Positions 1 through 11,471 of a DNA stretch of 64,000 bases are shown one piece after another (within the stretch, counting starts at the first letter, position 1; each line of letters opens with the position of its first letter). The notes under the pieces were generated by a model, which was not told the DNA's origin, ran no database searches, and saw only the letters and a list, made by a program, of their open reading frames with translations. A program made the position numbers and the translations under genes. Source of the DNA: Mustelus asterias. Taxonomy: Eukaryota. The DNA is taken from NCBI RefSeq assembly GCF_964213995.1, contig NC_135813.1, positions 61,008,001 to 61,072,000 on the forward strand, read 5' to 3'.

Positions 1-1360
1 CACCCATCTAGCCACCTCCCCCTTTATCCCATGAGATCCAACTTTTTTCACTAGCCGACCATGAGGGACTTTGTCAAACGCTTTACTAAAGTCCATATAG
101 ACCACATCCACGGCCCTTCCTTCGTCAACCATTCTGGTCACTTCTTCAAAAAACACCACCAGGTTAGTGGGGCATGACCTCCCTCTCACAAAACCATGCT
201 GACTATCGTTAATGAGTTTATTCCTTTCTAAATGCGCATACATCCTATCTCTAAGAATCTTCTCCAACAACTTCCCCACCAGGGACGTCAAGCTCACCGG
301 CCTATAATTACCCGGGTTATCCTTCCTACCCTTCTTAAATAACGGGACCACATTAGCTATCCTCCAATCCTCTGGGACCTCACCTGCGTCCAGTGACGAG
401 ACAAAGATTTGCGTCAGAGGCCCAACGATTTCCCCTCTCGTCTCCCTGAGCAGCCTTGGATAGATTCCATCAGGCCCTGGGGATTTGTCAGTCTTTACAT
501 TCTCTAACAAACCTAACACTTCCTCCTTTGTAATGGAGATTTTCCCCAACGGTTCAACACTCCCCTCCGAGACACTCCCAGTCAACACATCCCTCTCCTT
601 TGTGAATACCGACGCAAAGTATTCATTTAGGATCTCCCCTACTTCTTTGGGCTCCAAGCATAAGTCCCCACTTTTGTCCCTGAGAGGTCCGATTTTTTCC
701 CTAACAACCCTTTTGTTCCTAACGTATGAATAAAATGCCTTGGGATTCTCCTTAATCCTGTCTGCCAAGAACAATTCGTGACCCCTTTTTGCTCTTCTAA
801 TTCCCCGTTTGAGTACTTTCCTACTTTCTTTGTACTCCTCCAGAGCTCCCTCCGTTTTTAGCTGCTTGGACCTAACATACGCCTCTCTTTTCTTTTTGAC
901 CAGTCCCTCAATTTCCCTGGTTATCCACGGTTCTCTAATCCTACCCTTCCTATCCTTCTTTTTTACAGGCACATGCTTGTCCTGTAGCCCTAACAACCGT
1001 TCCTTAAAAGACTGCCACATATCAGATGTGGATTTACCCTCAAACAGCCTCACCCAATCAAGAGCTGCCAATTTCTGCCTGATCCCACTAAAGTTAGCCT
1101 TCCCCCAATCCAACACCTTACCCTTGGGACACCACTCATCCTTTTCCATCACTATCCTAAAGCTAACAGAATTGTGGTCACTATTTGCCACATGTTCCCC
1201 TACCAAAACTTTGAAGACCTGACCGGGCTCATTCCCCAGTACCAGGTCCAGTATAGCCCCCTCTCTAGTCGGGCTGTCTACATATTGTTCCAACGAACCC
1301 TCCTGTACACATTTTACAAATTCCTCCCCATCCAGAGTCCCTGTCCTCAGCGATTTCCAG
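1..1360 (-). mobile_element. Young 5'-truncated CR1-type LINE, ORF2 fragment (end of endonuclease through RT); continues off the left edge
   Basis: Manual translation of the minus strand from 1359 to 1 is open for 453 codons: ...QYVDSPTREGAILDLVLGNEP...ANSDHNSV (endonuclease SDH motif)...PWIT...ENPKAFYSYV...KSPGPDGIYPR...VPEDWRIANVVPLFKKG...NYRPVSLTS...QHGF...VYMDFSKAFDKVPH. These are canonical CR1 ORF2 motifs. It is absent from the ORF track, presumably because no stop codon falls inside the window. Confidence 0.95.
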
Positions 1361-1920
1361 GAAGTGAGGGGAGGGGGGTGTTCCCCTTGCCGACACCAAC
1401 ACTCAGCTCCGGCTGTTAGATTAGTGTCTTGACATAGTCCGGTCCCAGCCAGGGGAATAATTGTAGTGCGGACAGGATGAAGCCCCTGAGTGACTCTTAA
1501 TAGGTCACTTAAGGGCCTCAATAGGCTCAAAGGTGCGCGTGCCACAGAACGAATTTGTTCTTCCCAATAGTTGGAGGAGATTTCTAATCATCACTGTAGA
1601 ACAGTTCAGTGAGGCGATGGTGAGATAGAGCTTCGTGCTTTTCGAGTGCATAAAGAGCCTGATGTGCTTTCAGATGATGCCTACAAGGGGGAGCATGCGG
1701 ATGGGAAAAAGAATGGGGGCCAGGGACATATTGTTGAGTTGCTAGCATGGGAGCAGGAAGAGAAGCCATTGCAGACAAATCTGTGGATATTATTTGATAA
1801 ATAATGATGGAGCCAGATCACGAGAATAGGCCCAAGCAACTGACAAACGGTGGAGATTTTTTGGATCGTGTGTTGAATCGTGTCAAAGACCGACGCCAGT
1901 CCGAAAACAGCGAGCAGTCG

Positions 1921-2240
1921 GGCGGCACGGTGGCACAGTGGTTAGCACTGATCCGTCACAGCGCCAGGGACCCGGTTTCACTTTGCAGCTTGAGCCACTG
2001 TCTGAGCGGAGTCTGCACGTTCTCTCCGTGTCTACGTGGGTTTTCTCCGCGTGCTTCGGTTTTCTCCCAAAGTCCGAAAGACGTGATGATTAGGTGCATT
2101 GGTCATGCTAAATTCTCTCTGTGTACCCGTACAGGCGCCGGAGTGTGGCGACTAGGAGATTTTCACAGTAACTTCATTGCAGTATTTGCAGTTTGGATTA
2201 CAACAGGTAATTGTTAGCCTACTTGTGACCAAAAATAAAG
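1921..2240 (+). mobile_element. tRNA-derived shark SINE (HE1/V-SINE-like)
   Basis: tRNA-like head GGCGGCACGGTGGCACAGTGGTTAGCACTG (A box), V-domain-like TGCACGTTCTC(T/C)CCGTGTCT(A/G)CGTGGG, and an A-rich 3' end with AATAAA. Family assignment is from recall of shark SINEs. Confidence 0.85.
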
Positions 2241-3459
2241 AAACTGTAAAAAACTTAAAAACTTTAAAAAACAGGAATAGTTTGCTATCGTTATAATTGA
2301 ATAACTTTGATAAGGGTCGTATCAGTATTGTGGCAGAAGCAGAAACGCGATTCTGGGAATTCAATGCTGGAGTTGTTGGAACGATAGTATGGATTTGGGG
2401 TTGGCAATTTCTTCAAGTGGTTTAGAGAGGAAATGTTAACTGAAGATCGGCAGTAGTTCACAAGGACAGAGGAACAATGCTGTTTGCAAAGAGAAGTTTG
2501 ATGGTAATCGGTGTGAAAATATAACAGTACCTGAGGAGAGATAGCAACTAATGATATCAGCGAAAGTGGAGACAAGAAAAGAAAGTTGGATGGTCAGTAA
2601 TTTAGCGGAAACATGGTCAACATGGGTCTAATGGAAAAACTGAGTTGCGAAAGCGAATGAGGGGATATATGAGAAAACAAATCCGATTCAACTATGATGC
2701 ATGCGAAGTAGTGCTTCCTCATTTCACTCCTAAATAGCTTCGCTTTAATGAAAGAGTGTGCCCTATTTTGCTGGATTGTGTTATTAGTGGAAATGATTTC
2801 TCTGGACCTATCCTTTCACACCCGCTGACCATTTTAAATACGTCGAATACGTATAGAGTGCAGGGGAAGACAGACAGTGAGTTGCCTTGAGTGATTTAGC
2901 ACAACAATCTTGCTATTCCAATCTATATACTCATTAAGGGTTTTAACTCTCTTCACTTTAAGCACTTGGTTTAGCAAAGCCACACAAATTGTTGCTTCAG
3001 CCATAGCCTCATATCAATCAAGAAACAAGAGATCCTGAAACATTTTCAACCACTTTTGTGCAAAATACCAGTGTTTGAAAGTCATGCCTTCTCAAATAGA
3101 AAGTGCCTCTGGCCGTCTGTATATAAGGCAGTCCCAAGTAAGGATAAAGTTCAACATTTCTTGCTGAGCCAGTGTTCCCGCACGTTATATTGGTGTTCAG
3201 TATGCTTCCATGATGCAGCATGGTCCAAATTGTCAAAACATGCTCTTGACTGCATCTATTCTTAGGTGCACTATTTTAAGATACTGCTTCCGCAATCCTT
3301 GCTGATATAAAAGTGTTTATCTTTTTATTACTGGATTGTAACTCTGGAAATATCTGAGTCTCTTTTAGTGTCTGAGGTGAGGCACTCTCACAGGAGATTC
3401 ACCTGGATGCTGTCTGGGCTGTGGTTATTTTTCGTAGAACAGAGTAAGCTGAGGTGTTA

Positions 3460-3790
3460 ACTCATCAAGGTGCAAATAATTATGAACGATACAGATAGGA
3501 AGAAACCTTTCACCTCAGTAGAGGGGTCAATAATCGGGGGGCATAGATTTAAGGTAAGGAGCAGGAGATTTAGAGGAGATTTGAAGAAATTCTTCTTCAG
3601 CCAGAGGGTGCTGGGAATCTGGAACTCAGTGTCTGCAAGAGTGGTGGAGGAAGGAACCCTCACGACACTTAAGAAACATTTTGATGAGCAATTGAAAAGT
3701 CATTGCATACACCGATACGGGCCGAGTGTTGGTAATTGAATTAGAATAGATAAGTTTTTTGGTGGTCGGCACAGACGCGAAAGGCCTCAT
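3460..3790 (+). mobile_element. CR1 LINE 3' fragment (ORF2 C-terminus); copies near 22590, 42090, 61585
   Basis: ORF 3470-3739 reads GHRFKVRSRRFRGDLKKFFFSQRVLGIWNS, the typical CR1 ORF2 C-terminal motif. Confidence 0.8.
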
Positions 3791-3929
3791 TCTGAGCTGG
3801 ATTCCCCCCTCCAGCTTTAAAGGGTAATACATAGTACGTTTCAGCAATCGGTCTTAAAAATTGAACCCTTCAGCAATTACTTCACCCTGACGAATCAGTC
3901 CTGTACCCATTCATCATACCAATATATCC

Positions 3930-4050
3930 GCGGCAATTGTACCGCCCCGCCCACCACGGAATCAGAGCGGACGAGGGCGGACAACGGAAATGTCCCTTGA
4001 CCTCTGGTGGGAATTTCGGGTCTCGATCGAGCGAGGACGTAAAAATCCCG
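3930..4050. mobile_element. Short GC-rich MITE-like element with imperfect terminal inverted repeats; present in every unit
   Basis: CpG-rich ~120-bp island bounded by GGCAATTGTAC...GTAAAAATCCCG; resembles abundant short non-autonomous shark elements (recall only). Confidence 0.4.
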
Positions 4051-4079
4051 TAGCTCAGTGTGAAAACCTAAATCCAGCA

Positions 4080-4790
4080 CTCCAGATGTGATCTGATCAA
4101 GGCTGTAGACAACAGAAAGCATTACTTCCCCACTTTTTAGTTTCAATGACCTTGTGATAAAGGCAGGCATTCGGTTTGATTTCTAATTTAACTTGTGTCC
4201 ATGAAGTTTTTAGTGACTTATGTCCAGGAACACCTAAATCCCTTTGTTCATTCAAAGCATCTCGCCGCGTAGCTTTAGGTAAATATTTCGAGCTACTCGC
4301 TATCATATTTTGGTCACAGAATCACAGAATTCACTGGTCCATTCACTTAGTTTATCTATGAAGAGTCAGCCAACTTGCGATACCTCCTTATCTTAAGCTG
4401 ATCTACCGATGTGTTTATGAAACTCTCTAACCCTCAATTTGAACGAAACTGCATTTGTCACATCCAGCCAATGAAGGAACAAATCCTTGATTGGCACTTT
4501 CTCTCTCCTACCCATAACCAATTCCCTACCAATATGTTCAAATAAATTATTTATTCCTTCTGCCACTGGATCTATTTTATGTCTCCCCGTTTCGGACTCA
4601 CTCACGGTGGAAAATCTTTCTCTGTGTTCCCGTATCACACCTTTTCCGAACATTAAAGCCGCCTATTACTCCTCCGCATCCTCTCCTCAGAGAAAAGAGC
4701 CCAACATATTCATTTTCCTGATAGGCACATCGTCCCAATCCCAGTAAATATCTGGCAAATAATTTCTGCACATTCTCATGTCCTACAAGA
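4080..4790 (-). mobile_element. Degenerate CR1 fragments (minus strand)
   Basis: Minus-strand EQRDLGV motif (ORF 4097-4306) and a CACAGAATCACAGAAT tail-like repeat at ~4315-4330. Confidence 0.55.
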
Positions 4791-5579
4791 TCATTTTTGA
4801 GGTATGTAGACTATAGATGAGGAAAACTCCATAAAACGCTAATAAATCCCCGGGTGTTTTGTTTTGTTCTTCTGGAAGTGCACCAGCACCTTGTTTGCAC
4901 TTTTTATCAACTGCGCAACTTCTTGCTACATATAGCAATTTATGTCTTGCAAGCCCAAATCTAACTGAAGAAATAAAACAATAACGTATCAAAGGGATGT
5001 CCTGTCGACTTTGTGATTCGTGTGACGATGAAGTTTAAAAAAACAGACTTTGTTCGGAGCTGGTTTGAGTCAATGCCTCACTGAAAATGCATCTGGGGAA
5101 GTTGACATGTTAGTAAAGCGCCTGCTTCAGTATGATCATTATTGGCCAATAAAAGCAATCGTATAGTTTGTTTAAAAAATGATTTGCAGTACCAGAACCT
5201 GCATTGTATCGGGTGTATTAAAAAATGTGGCAGTGACGGAGTTTGCCCTGAATATTGGTAATCAGGTGGTGTAGAAATGACTGCCCGTTTAATGTATTTT
5301 TGTAAATCTCGAGACGCAGTTCAGCCCTTTCAGTATAATGGCAGAGTGTAACGAGGTCCATTTTAAAAAAAAATGTTGCAATATTACTTCATGGTGCTAA
5401 TTTAATGTCACCGATCGTTTCCTTGTTGCGCCTGGATGTCATTGGCTTGAAATAAAATGTGCAGAGTATCACAATGATAGAATCTCACTATTTAATTCCC
5501 CTTGGAATGCTGCCATTAATTGTTTATGAGGGAAAGAGAGAGAATAACAGAACGTCGGTCGAGATAACGCTATAATGAT

Positions 5580-5585
5580 TTTATT
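5580..5585 (-). terminator. Candidate polyadenylation signal AATAAA of gene 1 (second, proximal AATAAA at 5721-5726)
   Basis: TTTATT on + strand ~195 nt downstream of the stop, followed on the sense strand by a pyrimidine-rich tract. Conserved at 24742, 44236 and 63740. Confidence 0.6.
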
Positions 5586-5779
5586 ACACAGCTGTATCAA
5601 TGACATTACAGTGAAGCTTTGATCCATTCAGGGTGAACACAGTTAATTTGAAACTAAGGGAGTCAGCCGATCTGCTACAAACTGTGATGAAATGTTTGAA
5701 ATGTTCCACTATTTGCGGAATTTATTTTGAAATGACACTTTACCAACGGCAGAATACAAGAATGCATTAGATGCGTGAA

Positions 5780-6102
5780 TCAGATACAGTTGGATCTGGA
5801 GATGCTTGTTTGAAGTGGGTTTGCTTGAGTCTCGTGTTTAACCACACAGGCGTAAAGCTCGTGTGAGTTCCACTCTGAGGCTAACAGAGTCAGATAACTG
5901 CTCACACTGAACGTGTTGTCCGCCTCTTGCTGGATCCGACTGGTCTCAACCCCATTCCTTCTGACGCTGCCATCTACAGTCCATTCAATCTCCGCAGCTC
6001 CTGGGTTAAAACCGCTCACCAAACACACCAGGGTCGCCATGTTCTTCGCTGTGATTTGATCTGCTGAAGGCGGAAGGACAGACACAATGGGGCTCCGTGG
6101 AT
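5780..6102 (-). CDS. IGLC: Ig light-chain (lambda/type II) constant exon, gene 1
   Basis: (N)PRSPIVSVLPPSADQITAKNMATLVCLVSGFNPGAAEIEWTVDG...FSVSSYLTLLASEWNSHELYACVVKHETQANPLQTSISRSNCI*. C1-set Cys/Trp/Cys and penultimate Cys for the H-L bond. Acceptor ctactttccAG at 6103-6104, phase 1, matching the J donor. Confidence 0.97.
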
Positions 6103-7699
6103 CTGGAAAGTAGAGACAAATGATTGTACATCCATTAAGAATCGGCATAAATGACTGAATCGTTGTTTCACCTTCTTCAAATTGTTTTTTAAAATCGGTA
6201 TTATTCTACGGAATGTATAGATTTTACATTGTGGAGTCATATTGTTGCCAAATGCAAAAAGGCCATGACTCTCGTTTCTGGAACACATACAACGTGAGAA
6301 GGTTTTCCTTTTTTCCCTGATTGGACAGGAACATGCAAACAAAATCTGATCTAAAGGAAATAGTGGAGTTTGAAATATTAAAGAGAAAAATAAGACGGGA
6401 GGTTTATTGCATCCAGATGTGATCTGAGGCAAAGCTGTCCGACCAAAGAGAATTTCAGAACAACGTCAATCACTCAGAATTTGGGCTCAATGTTGGAACT
6501 TATGCTGACCGCAACATTTCTATATTTTGGAACTCAAAAAACTCGATTCAAAACAATGAAATCGATTGTTTGCTTTTGTCACCATTTACACTTCTCTGAC
6601 GCAAGTCCGACATACTGGACTGATGTTTGGATTTGTGTACATTCTTGCCACGGCTTCACACGGTGTCGCGCCCAGACCAACAGTGACGATGTAGCGTAAA
6701 TCTTAACAAATAACTCCCTGTCGCAATGGAAATGTTTGGAGACATTTTTTGCGAGTGGAGTGTCACAAAAGATTTGTTACAGCAAAGAGGAAGAGTTTTT
6801 AACAAATATTGTAAACAATTCTAGTATATTAGAACATAACGTAACGACACCCTCAAAAGGCCATTAATAAACCAAACATGTCCTCATAATTATTCATCTC
6901 TCACACCTTTTCGCCGAAGCAGAAGGACTGTGAGATCTTACTGTGCTTAGATAGGGAGCCATGATTCTGACATTTGAAGAATGATTCTACTTCACAAGCA
7001 CATAATTGTGAGGATGTTCTGAGGTCGTGGTCGGCGCCAAATGAATGCAGGTTTGCATTTTCTTTCCTTTGTCATGAGTAGATATTCGCAAAGCTGAAAG
7101 GGCGTTGTCTCAGAATCTTGTCTCTTTAAGTCACCATTTATCACTTAAGTTACCATCTATCACAGTCAATGGAGAAACGCTCAGTAAATAGGTTGAGGCG
7201 TCGTAAGGCATCGAAGAAAGGGTTCAAATATGAAAAGCCATTACTAACTAAAAGGATAAGGCTGACGTTTTACAATTCTCCCTGACATTGAGGTATTATG
7301 TCGGCTACAACAACAGTATGAGGTTTGTCGCTGTCGGTGTAAAAATCGATTGTCTTTGGAGCTGCAAATTCGTCTTGTTTTTTTTTGGAATGTAATTTGA
7401 ATGTTGAAACTGAGTCGGCAGACAAATGCCGCCAGCCCTTATTTCAATGTCGGTATCGTCTTCCTGCGCAACTGAGAGTTTCGCTGAATAATCTCAAATG
7501 TCTGCACCGATGAGCAGGTGTGACGATCAACTTCTATTTAAACGGAAGCGTACTTAAGTGAATTATTTTTACACCGGCATTTTCTCCAGATATGATTTCT
7601 CAAAGTAACAACTAAAATATTCAAGAGCATTTTTCTCCTTTTTGCCTCATGCTGGTCCATTTCACCGTAACATAGTCCAATAAACATATGACTTGAAGA

Positions 7700-8972
7700 A
7701 GAAAATAAAAAATAAAGGAAAGGAAGATTGAGAAGGGAAGAGACCCTGACCATAATTTTCCAATCGTGCCTGGAGCAGGCTTGGCTCTCAGAGACAGGAG
7801 GACAGATGAAATTGTGAAAGGGCGAAAGGGGGGTAACATAGTTTTAGACCAGTGAACCAAACCTCACTAAAGGGAGAACAATTGGAATAAGCGCGGTTTA
7901 ATCAAATACAGCAGTCACGGCTTTGCTGGCGGAATATCTTACCTCACAGCGTGAATTGGTATTTTTGAGCAGGTAGCATGAGCGGTGAATGACGGCAATA
8001 TTTTTAGTATCGTCTACATGGATTTTAGCAAGGCTCTTGTTAAGTTCACACATAGGTATGAACAGGTTGGATGCGAAATTGGTTCAGAGGCAGGAAGTAA
8101 AGGGTCCGTATATCAATGAGTGCCTCTATGATTGTTGTCAGATAATACAAATTTGACAATGTGTTTGCTAACGAAGAAAGCTGGATAATGCAGGAAGACA
8201 ACAATGGACTAGTCAGATAAGTTCAACAGCGGCAAATGGAATTAAATGCGGAAAAGTATGAGGAACTATATTTTTCAGGAAGGCCAATAAAACAAGCGAG
8301 TACACTTTATAAATGGGACAATGCCGAGAAATGTAGAGAAACTGAGTGAACTGAAAATGCATTTCCGCAGATCCCGAAGGCGGCTGAGCAAGTGGATATG
8401 GTAGCAAAGAAGGCATGTGAGGCAGTTACATTTATAAGCCGAGGTATAGATTGTTAGAACTTGAAGGTTATGCTGAAACTGCTGGAAAGGTGCGTAGGAA
8501 ACATGTAATTGTATGAGAGCGAGTACAGGGGAGATCGAGAGGGATGTCGGCTGAAATGGAATATTTAGTTATAAGTGTTGAATTGGCCAGCGTTCATTTC
8601 TTTGGAACAGACGAGGCTGAAGGGAGATCTAATGGAAGGCATTATATTCAGAGGTGTCTGGACAGAATGGATAGGAAAACAGTTTTGCCAATGTTTGACG
8701 GGTCGATAAGAACGGCACTTGGATTTAGCGTTAGAAGTAGAAGGTTTAGCGGAGATTCGAAGGGAATAGTTTCACCCAGAGGGTTTTGGGGGATGTGGAA
8801 CCTACTGCCGGGAAGGCTGTTAGTGGCAAATTAATGGACACTTAAACGCACATACAATGTGTAATCGAAAGGCTCATGAATAAATGTTAGATTGTTCCTT
8901 GTGAACCAGTGCAGACGCGATTGACCAAGTAGGTTGTAACAATGTTGCAAAGATGTATCATTCTATGATTCT
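7700..8972 (+). mobile_element. Old degenerate CR1 LINE (RT to 3' tail) in the J-C intron; copies ~26880-28150 and ~46370-47640
   Basis: GTCTACATGGATTTTAGCAAGGC (VYMDFSKA) at ~8012, a CR1 C-terminal GxWNxLP motif at ~8790, and a TTCTATGATTCT tail at ~8961. Many frameshifts. Confidence 0.75.
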
Positions 8973-8999
8973 GCGAATATATTATATTGCTTTCCTCCC

Positions 9000-9365
9000 T
9001 CACTGACGCACAGGGGCTACAGTGTGCATATTTCTGAGGCACCCTGCCGCAACTCCGACAAGAGCTTCCAAACCAGCCATGTTTTCCACTGGACGAACAC
9101 ACGGGCAGCAGATGCACGGTAGCACCACCAGTTGGTAAATTCCCATCAATCCACACAGCATACCAAAGTAGAACTGTACCGCCTTTCCTTCACTGTCGCT
9201 TGGCCAAAAACTCTTAACCCTCTCCCTAAGAGCTCTGCGATGCATCTCTGACACATGGACGACATCGGTTTGAGAATGCGGCTCACTATCACTTTATCCA
9301 TGGATATTAGGCGGGGTGCAATGAATGTTAGCTTTCTGGTCACATCCCATGAATCAATGAAAATG
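9000..9365 (+). mobile_element. 3' end of a second shark CR1/L2-type LINE family
   Basis: GGGCAGCAGATGCAC...CTTCACTGTCGCT...CACATCCCATGAATCAATGAAAA tail; homologous to the 3' part of 15125-16770. Confidence 0.6.
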
Positions 9366-10453
9366 GCAGTAATCCCCATGTTTTGTTGTATTACTACTCA
9401 CTGACAATCACAGAACCAGCAGCAGAGCTGAACGAGTCCACAACAATACTCAAAAACCTGACAACCTATTCCGAGACATTCCAAAGCAACCGATTGGATA
9501 GGAAGAAAATGGAACGTAATTTCCGAGTGAAGCAAACATTCTGCGCATCGATTATGTTTCTTACTACGTTATCCAGTAACACTCAGGATCGATTAGTACT
9601 GGCGGAATTCTCGCAACAATATGGTTATTTTGGTCACCTGTGATTAATGCGAAATGTTTGGCTGAGAATCTTGTACCGAACTGTTTTCGGTGAGTTTGGG
9701 GACCAGTGGGAATGGGTCCCACCCAGGTACCACACTATCCTTCCGCAGGCTGAATGCAAGAAAGATCTTAAAACACAATGTTGCTTCAAGTGGAACAAAG
9801 CAGCCTGATGTGAACGTTTTGAATGTAATTCCAGCGTTTTAAACCAGACTACAAGGGCAGCATGTGAAACAGCCTGAACCACTATATTGCTTTCATACAA
9901 TCATGGAATTATAGAGCACACAACGGGGCCCATCGGAGCTTGTAAAAAACCTGCCCACTCAGATCATTTTCATGCCTGTTTTCTTCACTTTTGAAATGTT
10001 TATCGTCTTGCTAATTATAGTTCCGCTCGCGGTGTTCATATAGCGAGGGTACTCCACTCCTAACACTGGCTGAGCGAATAAAAACATCCCATCCTTCCAG
10101 CGATTGCATTCAAATAATGTCCTCGCACTGCCGACTGGATCAGATGGCTCAAACGTCTGGAGAGCCGCAGCAGATCAGACCGTAAGCTTCCAGTGAAATG
10201 AATTTCACTCGAAATTAAATTGCCCCTTTACCCGATCCCATAATTGGACACAATCTAGAAAATCACCAAAGTTCTGAGCCCAGCTATCACTGCAATGTCT
10301 TGGCTGCTGACTCAAGGATCCCCCATAAAAATATTTTCGCAGCAACCATTTTGATTTGAACTCATTCAATCCACCGATCCGACCGTTTCGAAGTACATTT
10401 TGTTATTTAGATAGCGTCACAAATGCTAGAGGACATTTAAGTGATTTACTTAC

Positions 10454-10801
10454 TGTTCAGATTCAACTTCGTTCCTCTCCCGAAAATGAATCTATATGGA
10501 CTGCTGAGCTGAGCAGCACAGTAATAATCTGCCGCGTCCTCCGATTGCACGTTGGTGATGGTTAAATGCATCTTGTTACTCGATGAGTCCACAGACCCGG
10601 TGAATCGATCTGGAATACCCGAAGCTGTATCAAAGCTCTCATCCCAAACAAGCACAGGGGCGCTGCCGGGTTTCTGCCAGTACCAGCTCGTGTAGTAGCT
10701 GCTAATGCTGCCTCCGGACATGGTGCAAGTGATGGTGACGGTCTCTCCCGTCGAGGACGAAATGGATCCTGGTTGGGTCAGGACAGGATCCGCAATTGTA
10801 C
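10454..10801 (-). CDS. IGLV: Germline-joined V-J exon, Ig lambda (type II) light chain, gene 1
   Basis: (S)TIA-DPVLTQPGSISSSTGETVTITCTMSGGSISSYYTSWYWQKPGSAPVLVWDESFDTASGIPDRFTGSVDSSSNKMHLTITNVQSEDAADYYC-AAQLSSPYRFI-FGRGTKLNLN. YYC runs in frame into FGxG with no RSS. Acceptor caccAG at 10802-10803; donor A/GTAAGT at 10453. Confidence 0.97.
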
Positions 10802-10941
10802 CTGGTGAAATGCAAAGTATTGTCAGTCACACACTGTGAAATGTTGAATATAGCTTACAATTCAGATTCGTTAAATCACAAGCGCAAAAGCAGATAATGT
10901 GAAAAAAATGAGCGTTACTTCAGGTTGACGCCCGTACTTAC

Positions 10942-10990
10942 TGTGGAAACAGAGTATCAGTGCGGCGAGAACTCCAATCGATTGTGTCAT
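10942..10990 (-). CDS. IGLV: Leader (signal peptide) exon, gene 1
   Basis: ACC-ATG context; MTQSIGVLAALILCFH(S); donor A/GTAAGT at 10941; 140-bp intron. Exons of 49+348+323 nt = 720 nt = 239 aa + stop. Confidence 0.95.
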
Positions 10991-11059
10991 GGTGAAGGTT
11001 TGGGGAGAGGAAGAAGGAGAATAAATCCTGACACGAATGTGCTTCTGAGTCCATTCCAA

Positions 11060-11130
11060 ACTCCTTAAAAAGATTCAGACACCGCAGGGCGAATGAATAT
11101 TAATTACGTATGCAAATTGCCTGTCACGTG
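11060..11130 (-). promoter_or_regulatory. Ig light-chain promoter: octamer ATTTGCAT (11110-11117), E-box CACGTG (11125-11130), TATA-like TTTTTAA (~11065-11071)
   Basis: Perfect octamer in the light-chain sense orientation ~120 nt upstream of the ATG; conserved in all three genes. Confidence 0.85.
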
Positions 11131-11471
11131 ATATTAGGCCAAAGATCTCCATTTCGGTATTGTCTGATATTTGGAGAATGCGCACGTCAGCCATTTTGGA
11201 ACAGAAGAAAAATAAATCTCCCAAGCCACAGAATAGCATGCAAAATGGCTCAATAACCTCCCCCCAAAAAATAAACGGTGCGGTGAAACACAAAGAGATT
11301 AAATGGATCGTGTCTTGATCTCTGGAAGCCTGCCGATTACAATAAATAAATATTGCGGACAGAAAGCTGTTTAATAGGTGCATCGTTTTTGGTGAATAAA
11401 TTAGAGACGAAACGTGCGAGTTGAGATTTCATGTGCACACAGAGAGGTGTAAGGGAATTGACCACCGTCCG

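Noticed and set aside
5780-6148. ORF-track 122-aa protein starting MPILNG
   Set aside because: The first residues are intronic; the real C exon begins at the acceptor at 6102.
6103-10453. Intronic enhancer in the J-C intron
   Set aside because: Only isolated E-box-like hexamers (e.g. CAGGTG at ~7515) and no convincing motif cluster; cannot be supported from sequence alone.
10517-10523. Embedded heptamer CACAGTA at the FR3 end
   Set aside because: Dictated by the Tyr-Cys codons; no nonamer at 12 or 23 bp.
10832-10838. Perfect CACAGTG on the sense strand in the leader intron
   Set aside because: No nonamer at 12 or 23 bp; ACAATACTT lies only 8 bp away.
10454-10990. Joined VJ as a somatic rearrangement or retrocopy
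   Set aside because: Introns and promoter are retained, and the same join length is present in three tandem genomic copies, so it is germline.
10871-11059. 62-aa ORF MEWTQK...
   Set aside because: Starts at a non-ATG codon and reads through the leader donor; only 10942-10990 is coding.
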